The notes below the pieces were generated by a model. It worked only from the letters and a program-made list of their open reading frames with translations. It was not told the DNA's origin and did no database searches. A DNA stretch of 63,082 nt, counting the filler, from Chiloscyllium plagiosum (Eukaryota): assembly GCF_004010195.1 (NCBI RefSeq). It is 7 parts of one record of this genome, joined end to end, with 100 filler letters (N's around TTAATTAATTAA, not from the genome) between each part and the next. Parts side by side here need not be neighbours in the genome. Positions count along the whole stretch, not along the records: positions 48,762 to 54,892 come from NC_057714.1; positions 54,993 to 60,227 come from NC_057714.1; positions 60,328 to 63,082 come from NC_057714.1; 4 more parts are not named here. One strand, 5' to 3'. The position numbers and the translations under genes were made by a program. Shown here one piece after another: positions 54,601 through 63,082 of this stretch; position 1 is the stretch's first letter; every line of letters begins with the position of its first letter.

Positions 54601-54892
54601 CTCCAGGACTCGGCCCACACACTCACTCTGCTCCCAGCTCCAAGACTCGGCCCAATCGCTCACTCTGATCCCCAGTCGAGGACTCGGCCCACATGCTCAC
54701 TCTGCTCCCCACTCCAGAACTTGGCCCACACGCTCACTCTGCTCCCCACTCCAGGACTCAGCCCAATCGCTCACTCTGATCCCCACTCTAGGACTCGGCC
54801 CAGTTGCTCACTCTACTCCCCACTCCCGAACTTGGCCCACATGCTCACTCTGCTCCCCACTCCAGAACTTGGCCCACACACTCACTCTGATC
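33611..54892. repeat. Giant 37-bp minisatellite array, roughly 560 visible units (GGACTCGGCCCACATGCTCACTCTGCTCCCCACTCCA)
   Basis: Period 37 throughout with many variant units; C-rich plus strand. Four internal gaps, and the right end runs into a fifth, so the true length is unknown. Confidence 0.97.
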
Positions 54893-54992
54893 NNNNNNNN
54901 NNNNNNNNNNNNNNNNNNNNNNNNNNNNNNNNNNNNTTAATTAATTAANNNNNNNNNNNNNNNNNNNNNNNNNNNNNNNNNNNNNNNNNNNN

Positions 54993-55282
54993 CCTTGTCT
55001 CAGCCGCATCCCTCCAGCCTGGCACCGCCTTCCTGACCTGCAGTCTTCTTCTTGACCTCTCCGCCTCCACCCTACTCCGACCTATCACCTTCACCTTGAC
55101 CTCTTTCCACCTATCACATTTCCAACGCCCCTCCTCCAAGTCCCTCCTCCCTACCTTTTATCTTCTCCTGCTGAACACTCTCTGCTCATTCCTGAAGAAG
55201 GGCATGTGCCCGAAACGTCGAATCTTCTGTTCCCTAGATGCTGCCTGACCTGCTGTGCTGTTCCAGCAATAAAGTTTCAGCT
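54993..55282 (+). mobile_element. Penelope-like element terminal (pLTR) fragment
   Basis: Pyrimidine-rich tract, then the hammerhead motif and a gatgctgcctgacctgctgtgctgttccagc terminus. Confidence 0.7.
55188..55223 (+). ncRNA. Minimal type I hammerhead ribozyme motif
   Basis: AUUC-CUGAAGA-A-GGGC AUGU GCCC-GAAA-C-GUC-GAAU: conserved core boxes, 4-bp stem I, 4-5-bp stem II and palindromic ACGU stem III. Confidence 0.75.
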
Positions 55283-55877
55283 GTTGATCTAACTACCATT
55301 AATTGCCATGTACAGAAGAGAATTCTAATCTAGCACCAGCCTTTGCATGTTAAAGTGTTTCCTACACGAATCCCAAAAGACTCAGCTCTAATTTTTAGAC
55401 TATGGTGCAGAGCTCTAGACTCCACAATTACTGGAAATAATTCCTGTTTGTCTACCCTGTGTGTGTCCCATAATGCTTTCAATGAAAGCACCTCTTAATT
55501 TTCTAAATTCCAGAGAATGTAATCTTATCGGGCTAAAAATTGTGCTTTGTTTGGCTATGTGTGAGTTGGGTCAAGTTTTGGATAGTTTCTCACATCAGAC
55601 CTCGTGAAATCTCTCATCCTATCTTTCCAAAATATTCTCAGTAGCTACCTACTCTGCTCCTAAGGCGTTCCTCAGGCCCCATCTCACCACAGCCATCCCC
55701 AGAACAACTCATCACTCAGTGGAGATCTGTCACAAAACTGGCAACCCTAGCACCTGTGCCATCATAAAAGTTTCACCTCGGCGAGACCTGGCATTCATAG
55801 CTATCTTGCTTCTGTAACTCTCTGTCTAGTCTAGGATGTTTTCTGCAGTTATCAGAGAAGGGGCTACAGCATCATAA

Positions 55878-56080
55878 TTCCCCAACAAGGACCTGGAGCA
55901 CACAGTCGAGGGGGTTGTGCAAAGCAGTGTAGTCCAATTCCTGGAGGATTTCAAAGGAGGCCATGTTACCAGATCCTGGCAACCCAGTCTGAGGTCTCCA
56001 CATGGGTGAGTGCTGTCTCCAGTGTTCCCACCCACAGTGCCATGAGAAGGTCAATGATTATCTCCACTGCGCCACAGTAA
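55878..56080 (+). mobile_element. PIF/Harbinger Myb/SANT-like ORF relic
   Basis: FPNKDLEHTVEGV ... EVSTWVSAVS ... QCHEKVNDYLHCA|gtaa, frameshifted; resembles the Harbinger Myb-like FSDxDLExLLxxV..W.EVA..VSA..QCRKKVNDL. Confidence 0.6.
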
Positions 56081-56119
56081 ATGTTACATTCTTCTTTTTG
56101 TTGTTTCATGCTCATTCCA

Positions 56120-56876
56120 TCCCTATAACTACATAATCCCTGTAACTACATCATCCCCATAGCTACATCATCCCCATAACTACATCATCTCCATAACTAC
56201 ATCATCTCCATAACTACATCATCCCTATAACTGCATCGTACCTATAACTACATCATCTCCATAACTACATCATCCCCATAACTACATCATCCCCATAACT
56301 ACATCATCCCTATAACTGCATCATCCCCATAATTACATCATCTCCATAACTATATCATCCCCATGATTGCATCATCCCCATAATTACATCATCCCCATAA
56401 CTGCATCAGCTCATAACTACATCATCTCCATAATTACATCATCTCCATAACTACATCATCCCCATGATTGCATCATCCACATAATTACATCATCCCCATA
56501 ACTGCATCAGCTCATAACTACATCATCTCCATAATTACATCATCCCCGTAACTGCGTCATATCCATAATTACATCATCCCTATAACTACATCATCCCTAT
56601 AACTGCATCATCCCCATAATTACATCATCTCCATAACTACATCATCCCCAAGATTGCATCATTCCCATAATTACATCATCCCCATAACTGCATCAGCTCC
56701 ATAACTACATCATCTCCATAATTACATCATCCCCGTAACTGCATCATATCCATAATTACATCATCCCTATAACTGCATCATCTCTGTAACTATATCATCC
56801 CCATAACTGCATCATTTCCATAATTACATCATCCCTATAACTGCATCATCTCTATAATTATATCCTCATAACTGCA
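56120..56876. repeat. 17-bp minisatellite, about 44 copies (ATAACTACATCATCCCC)
   Basis: Period 17 measured (56164, 56181, 56198). Confidence 0.95.
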
Positions 56877-56957
56877 ACGCTGTCTCTTGCATCCCCTCCC
56901 TCCAGCTCAGATACTAACACCTTGGTGAAAGTGCTAGGCAAAGAACGTGAGACCACA

Positions 56958-57325
56958 AAATGATCCTGGAGAGGAAGGGCTTGTCATACAAGAAACGGTT
57001 GAGGTCTCTGGGTCTGTACTTGATTAGATTTAGAAGAACAAGGGGGGGATCTGACTGTAACAGAATATTGAGAGGCCTGGATAGAGTGGACATGGAGAAG
57101 ATGTTTCTATTAGGAGGACAGTCTAGGATTCTTGGGCATAAAGGGATAACCCTTTAGAATTGAGATGAGGAATTTCTTCAGCCAGAAGGTGATGAATCGG
57201 TGGAACTCATTGCCACAGAAGGCTGTGGAGGCCAAGTCATTGAGTGTATTTAAGACAGAGATAGAGAGGTTCTAGATTGGTAAAAGGATGAAGACAGGAG
57301 ATTTGGGTTGAAGCCCCTGAATGAT
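56958..57325 (+). mobile_element. CR1 3' fragment
   Basis: GLSYKKRLRSLGLY..ILRGLDRVD motif. Confidence 0.8.
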
Positions 57326-57579
57326 GGAGTCTACTCCCTTCAGTCTGGCTCCCTGCTCCCTGCCTGTTCACTGTGAAAGCTGCATGGTGAAATTGTGCGA
57401 TTGATTTAGCACACTCTCATGAAGCAAGCGGACTGCTGACCAACAAGGTAAACTGGCTGGTGTTTGACAGTGCAATCTGTGCGCAACATGTCAGCCTTTC
57501 AGGGCCCTGCAAAGCCGGTCTGTGCTTCCTAACTGGACTGCAGGTGGATCAGAGAGGTACCATGCTAGTCTTGAGGGTT

Positions 57580-58260
57580 GACAAATGCTGGATGCCACAG
57601 ATCATGCCCTGACTGTCCTAGCCCAACCATCTTCAGCTGTTTCATCAATGACCTTCCCTCCATCATCAGGTTAGAAGAGGGGATGTTCACTAATGATTGC
57701 CCAATGTTCAGCATCATTTGCAGCTCCTCAATTACTGACGCAATCTATGCTCAAGCTCTGGACAATACTCAGGCTTGGGCTGACAAATGACAAGTAACAT
57801 TCATGCCAGGCAATGACAATCTCCAATAAGAGACTATCTAACTACTGCCCCTTGACATTCAATGGTGTTACCATCACTGAATCCCCCACTATAATCATTC
57901 TCAGGGTTACATTGACCAGAAACTCAACTGGATTCTCTACATAAACACAATGACTACAAAACCAGGCCAAATTCTACAAATAGTGCACGAGTAACTTACC
58001 TCGTGATCCGCCAAAGCCTGCACAAGGCACAAGTCAGGAATGGGATGGAATACTTCCCACTTGCCTGGTTGGGTGCAGTTCCAATAACACTCAAGAAGCT
58101 TGACACTATCCAAACAAAGCAGCCTGTTTGACACTACATTCACAAGCAGCCAGCCCCTGTATCACTGATATTCAGTAGCAGCAGTGTATACTATCTACAA
58201 GATGCACACAGAAATTCACCAAAGGTCCTCAGACAGCACCTTCCGAACCCACAAACAATG
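57580..58260 (+). mobile_element. CR1/L2-group LINE RT fragment
   Basis: PTIFSCFINDLPSIIRLEEGMFTNDC (degenerate FADD region). Confidence 0.75.
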
Positions 58261-58318
58261 AATTTCACAACTAATCTTGGAGGAACCTGGTTGGGCGAAG
58301 TTGGGCGAAGTTCACCGT

Positions 58319-58637
58319 GGGCGGCACGGTGGCACAGTGGTTAGCACTGCTGCCTCACAGCGCCTGAGACCTGGGTTCAATTCCCGCCTCAGGCGACTGA
58401 CTGTGTGGAGTTTGCACATTCTCCCCGTGTCTGCGTGGGTTTCCTCCGGGTGCTCCGGTTTCCTCCCACAGTCCAAAGATGTGCAGGTCAGGTGAATATA
58501 GCCATGCTAAATTGCCCGTAGTGTTAGGTAAGGGGTAAATGTAGGGGTATGGGTGGGTTGCGCTTCGGCGGGTCGGTGTGGACATGTTGGGCCGAAGGGC
58601 CTGTTTCCACATTGTAATGTAATCTAAAAAATCTAAT
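58319..58637 (+). mobile_element. HE1-like V-SINE, young copy
   Basis: Full A/B boxes, central domain with retained CpGs, and a taatc tail. Confidence 0.93.
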
Positions 58638-58819
58638 CACAGCACAGAATCAGATAAGTTAATTGTTGTTCTAAGTGTGTCCAATAGAAAGGCTGCAGTA
58701 GTGAGTAGAGTGGGTTCTTTCTTGATTATATGTTTTTGGAGATATGTCTCTTGATTAAACTTAAAATATAAGCCATAACTATTAATTTAACCTGGGGCAG
58801 TGTTTTGTAGAGGAATAAG

Positions 58820-59794
58820 ATGGTGTTATTTTCTGGATCTGTAGATTGTGAAGGAGCAAAAATGGCCTTTGCAGTGATATGTACTTCTTGTCAGGTGTGG
58901 GAGTTTAAAGAGAGTTTAAGGGTTACTGCAGATTATATCTGCCATAAAGGTTGTTGGATGCAAATCTTATCAGATCGAATGGATCGGTTGGAGAGACAGA
59001 TAGAAGCGATGAGGAATTTGAAACAGCAACAGTATGTGATGGATGGCAGTTATAGGAAGGGGGGAAAGTCTCAGATACAGTCACATAGATGCGTTAACTC
59101 CAGGAAAGGTAAGAGAAATAGGCACCTAGGGCAGGAGTCTTTTGTGGATATACACATTTCAAGCAGGTATGCTGTTTTGGAAAATGTAGGGGGTGATGGA
59201 TTCTCAGGGGAATGTAGCACGAACAGCCAGGTTTCTGGTATTGAGACTGGCTCTAATGCAACGAGGGGTACGTCAGCTTCCAAGAGATCAATTGTGTTAG
59301 GGGATTCTGTAGTCCGAGGTACAGACAGACGTTTCTGTAGCCAGCAGCGAAAAAGCAGAGTGGTGTGCTATTTCCCTGGTGCCAGGATCAAGGATGTCTC
59401 AGAGAGGGTGCAGAATGTTCTCACGGGAGAGAGGGGCCAGCAAGAGGTCATTGTCCACATTGGAACCAACGATATAGGAAGGGAAAAGGTTGAGACTCTG
59501 AAGGGAGATTACAGAGAGTTAGGCAGGAATTTAAAAAGGAGGTCCTCAAGGAAAGTAATATCTGGATTACTCCCAGTGCTACAAGCTAGTAAGGGCAGGA
59601 GTAGGAGGATAGAGCAGATGAATGCATGGCTGAGGAGCTGGTGTATGGGAGAAGGATTCACATTTTTGGATCATTGGAATCTCTTTTGGGATAGACGTGA
59701 CCTGTACAAGAAGGACGGATTGCACCTAAATTGGAAGGGGACTAATATACTGGCAGGGAGATTTGCTAGAACTGCTCGGGCGGATTTAAACTAG
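58820..59794 (+). CDS. CR1 ORF1 protein (zinc finger, coiled coil, SGNH esterase-like domain)
   Basis: 324-aa open frame with CTSC..CHKGC, VLGDS, HIGTND and DGLH motifs. Confidence 0.85.
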   Translation: MVLFSGSVDCEGAKMAFAVICTSCQVWEFKESLRVTADYICHKGCWMQILSDRMDRLERQIEAMRNLKQQQYVMDGSYRKGGKSQIQSHRCVNSRKGKRNRHLGQESFVDIHISSRYAVLENVGGDGFSGECSTNSQVSGIETGSNATRGTSASKRSIVLGDSVVRGTDRRFCSQQRKSRVVCYFPGARIKDVSERVQNVLTGERGQQEVIVHIGTNDIGREKVETLKGDYRELGRNLKRRSSRKVISGLLPVLQASKGRSRRIEQMNAWLRSWCMGEGFTFLDHWNLFWDRRDLYKKDGLHLNWKGTNILAGRFARTARADLN

Positions 59795-59899
59795 TAAGGT
59801 GGGGGTTGGGACCCAGGGAAATAGTGAGGAAAGAGGTTAATCTGAGACGGGTACAGTTGAGAACAGAAGTGAGTCAAACAGTCAGGGCAGGCAGGGACA

Positions 59900-62700
59900 A
59901 GGTAGGACTAATAAATTAAACTGCATTTATTTTAATGCAAGGGGCCTAACAGGGAAGGCAGATGAACTCTGGTCATGGTTAGGAACATGGGACTGGGATA
60001 TCATAGCAATTGCAGAAACATGGCTCAGGGATGGGCAGGACTGGCAGCTTAATGTTCCAGGATACAAATACTACAGGAAGGATAGAAAGGGAGGCAAGAG
60101 AGGAGGGGAAGTGGCATTTTTGATAAGGGATAGCATTATAGCTGTGCTGAGGGAGGATATTCCCGGAAATACATCCAGGGAAGTTATTTGGATGGAACTG
60201 AGAAATAAGAAAGGGATGATCACCTTANNNNNNNNNNNNNNNNNNNNNNNNNNNNNNNNNNNNNNNNNNNNTTAATTAATTAANNNNNNNNNNNNNNNNN
60301 NNNNNNNNNNNNNNNNNNNNNNNNNNNCCACTCTTACCCACTGACTGCCCCGGGCTGCCTACTCCCACTCTCACCCACTGACTGCCCCGGGCTGCCTACT
60401 CCCACTCTCACCCACTGACTGCCCCGGGCTACCTACTCCCATTCTCACCCAATGACTGCCCTGGCACCCTACTGAAAAGAAAATTTGTAAGGAGATCTCA
60501 CTTATCTGTAAGAGTAATAAGGTGGCTATGGGAAGGGATTTTAATTTTCCAAACATAGACTGCGACTGCCATTGTGTTGTGGGTTTAGATGGAGAAGAAT
60601 TTATTAAGTGTGTCCAAGAAATGTTTCTGCTTCAATACGTGGATGTACCTACTAGAGAAGGTGCAAAACCTGACCAAATCAGGTGACTGAGGTGTCAGTG
60701 CTGGAATACTTTAGGGCCAGCGACCATAATTCTATTAGTTTTAAAATAGTGATGGAAAAGGATAGTCCAGATCTAAATGTTGAAGTTCTATATTGGAAGA
60801 AGGCTAATTTTGATGGCATTAGGCAAGAACTTTCAAAAGCTGATTGGGGGCAAATGTAGGTAAAAGGACGGCTGGATAATGGGAAGCCTTCAGAAATGAG
60901 CTAACAAGAGTGCAGAGATAATATATTCCTGTTCGGGTGAAAGGAAAAGCTGGCAGGTGTAGGGAATGCTGGATGACTAGAGAAATTGAGGATTTCGTTA
61001 GGAAAAGGAAGTATATGTCAGGTATAGACAGGATAGATTGAGTGAATCCTTACAAGAGTATAAAGGCAGTAGGAGTATACTTAAGAGGGAAATCAGGAGG
61101 GCAAAAAGGGGACATGAGACAGCAAATAGAATTAAGGAGAATCCAAAGGGTTTTTACAAATATATTAAGGAAAAAAGGGTAACTCGGGAGAGAATAGGGC
61201 CCCTCAAAGATCAGCAAGGTGACCTTTGTGTGGAGTCGCAGGAGATGGGGGAGATACTAAACGAGTATTTTGCATCAGTGCTTACAGTTTACAGAAGGAA
61301 GATATAGTATGTAAGGAAATAGATGGTGATATCTTGAAAAATGTCCATATTACAGAAGAGGAAGTGCTAGGTGTCTTGAAACATATAAAAGTGGTTATTT
61401 CTCCAAGACCTAATCAGGTGTACACCAGAACTCTGCAGGAAGCTAGGGAAGTGATTGCTGGGCCCCTTGCTGAATTATTTGTATCATCGATAGTCACAGG
61501 TGAGGTCCTGGAAGACTGGAGGTTGGCTAATATGGTGCTACTATTTAAGAAAGGTGGTAAGGTCAAGCCAGGGGACTATAGACCAGTGAGCCTGATGTTG
61601 GTGGTAGGCAAATTATTGGAGGGAATCCTGAGGGACAGGATGTACATGTATTTGGAAAGACAAGGACTGATTAGGATAGTCAGCATGGCTTTGTGTGTGG
61701 GAAATCATGTCTCTTGAACTTGATTGAGCTTTCTGAAGAATTAGCAAAAAGAATTGATGAGGACAGAGTGGTGGAAGTGATCTATATGGATTTCAGTAAG
61801 GCATTCAACAATGTTCCCCATAGAAGACTAGTTAGCAAGGTTAGACCTCACGGAATACAGAGAGAACTAGCCATTTGGATACAGAACTGACTCAAAGGTA
61901 GAAGACAGAGGGTGTTGGTGGAGGGTTGTTTCTCAGACTGGAGGCCTGTGACCAGTGGAGTGCCACAAGGATCGGTGCTGGGTCCTCTATTTGTTGTTAT
62001 TTATATAAATGATTTGGATGTGAACATAGGAGGTATAGTTAGTAAGTTTGCAGATGACACCAAAATTAGAGGTGTAGTGGACAGCGAAGAGAGTTACCTC
62101 AGATTACAAAATGATCTTGATCAGATGGGCCAATGGGCTGAGAAGTGGCACATGGAGTGCAGGGTCAGAGCTCCTTGAAAGTAGAACCACAGATAGATAG
62201 GATAGTGAAGAAGGTGTTTGGTATGCTTTCCTTTATTGGTCAGAGTACTGAGTAGAGGAATTGGGAGGTTAAGTTGCAGCTGTGCAGGACATTGGTTAGG
62301 CCACTCTTGGAATATTGTGTGCAATTCTGGTCTTGTCCCGATCGGAAAGATGTTGCCCTTCAATATATTATTAAATTGGGAAGGAATCAGTTAAGATTTA
62401 TGAGGAAGTTGCCAGCACCAGATAAGGAGAGGCTGGTTCGGCTGAGATTTTTTCACTGGAACACAGAAGGTTGAAGGGTGAAGTTTATAAAATCATGAGG
62501 GGCATAGCAAAGATCTTTTCTCTGTGGTGGGGGGGGGGGGGGGGGGGTGAAGTGCAAAACTAGAGGGCATTTTTCTCAGGTGAGAGCATAAAGATTTAAA
62601 AGGGACTTGAGGGGCAATGTTTTCACACAGAGGATTGTTTGTGTGTGGAATGAACTGCTAGACAAAATAATAGATGCAAGTACAGTTACAACATTTAAAA
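59900..62700 (+). pseudogene. Disrupted CR1 ORF2 (APE endonuclease and reverse transcriptase)
   Basis: Motifs are spread across several frames (ORF fragments 61038-62474). Confidence 0.85.
60328..60465. repeat. Second, different 37-bp tandem repeat (CTGACTGCCCCGGGCTGCCTACTCCCACTCTCACCCA), about 3.5 visible copies beside a gap
   Basis: ctgact recurs at 60341, 60378 and 60415. Confidence 0.85.
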
Positions 62701-62831
62701 GACATTTGGACAGATACATGAATAGGAAAGGTTTAGAGAGATGTAGGCCACATGCAACTATTTTAGTTTGAGAAACTTGGTCGGCATGGACGAGTTGGAT
62801 CTGTTTCTATGCTGTATAACTCTATGACTCA

Positions 62832-63082
62832 AAGTTTGTGCGAAGATTTGTAGCTCGGGTGCTCGTTGTTGTGGTTCTGTTCGCCGAGTTGGAAATGTTT
62901 GTTGCAAATGTTTCGTCCCCTGGCTAGGCGACATCATCAGTGCTTGGGAGCCTCCTGCGAAGCGCTTCTTTGATGTTTCCTCCGGTGTTTATAGTGCTCT
63001 GTCCCTGCCGCTTCCGGTTGTCAGTTTCAGCTGTCCGCTGTAGTGGTTGGTATATTGGATCCAGGTCGATGTGTTTGTTGAT
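62832..63082 (-). mobile_element. Penelope-like element pLTR with a hammerhead-like motif
   Basis: Similar to 14395-14600; minus strand gca CTGATGA t gtcgcc tagcca ggggac GAAA c att tgc at 62904-62943. Confidence 0.8.

Larger units (their letters stand above)
58640..62830 (+). mobile_element. Near full-length CR1 LINE (ORF1 open, ORF2 disrupted)
   Basis: ORF1, then APE motifs CIYFNARGL and DIIAIAETWL, RT motifs YMDFSKAF, GVPQGSVLGP and FADD, and a 3' end ataactctatgactc. ORF2 has stops, frameshifts and a gap. Confidence 0.93.

Noticed and set aside
30494..54892. CRISPR-like arrays (34- and 37-bp repeat lengths)
   Set aside because: Units are head-to-tail with no unique spacers, there are no cas genes, and the context is vertebrate.
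33594..54948. Long ORFs (up to 1069 aa) as a real mucin-like or zinc-finger gene
   Set aside because: They overlap in all three frames, follow from a stop-free 37-nt unit, cross N gaps, and show no codon-phase preservation or non-repetitive domain.
57350..57400. Minus-strand HAAFTVNRQG as the missing upstream INVS exon (HAAAVNGDKG)
   Set aside because: Poor match with an indel and no suitable donor or flanking similarity.
62527..62547. Poly-G run as a G-quadruplex element
   Set aside because: Homopolymer expansion inside a decayed CR1 copy; its length may be a sequencing artefact.

Overview
Eukaryotic DNA from a cartilaginous fish (shark), judged from HE1-type V-SINEs and shark-like CR1 and Penelope repeats. 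Almost all of the window is repeat-dense intron. The only host coding sequence I can support is one 167-bp minus-strand ankyrin-repeat exon of inversin (INVS) at 25150-25316. The rest is a nested set of decayed transposons: CR1, L2, Rex1/Babar, Penelope with hammerhead-ribozyme motifs, a Gmr1-like Gypsy relic, and hAT and Harbinger relics. There are four minisatellites. The largest is a >21 kb C-rich 37-bp array (33611-54892) whose long plus-strand ORFs follow from a stop-free unit. Most interesting signals: (1) the large arrays appear to have expanded inside non-autonomous retroelements carrying Rex/Babar-like 3' tails; (2) the left edge of the big array records a 24-bp to 37-bp unit transition; (3) an intact minimal hammerhead core at 55188-55223; (4) a dense TGACA motif cluster and a CpG-rich promoter-like island inside the intron. 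The N runs containing TTAATTAATTAA are assembly linkers. All family calls come from motif recognition by eye, not from database searches.
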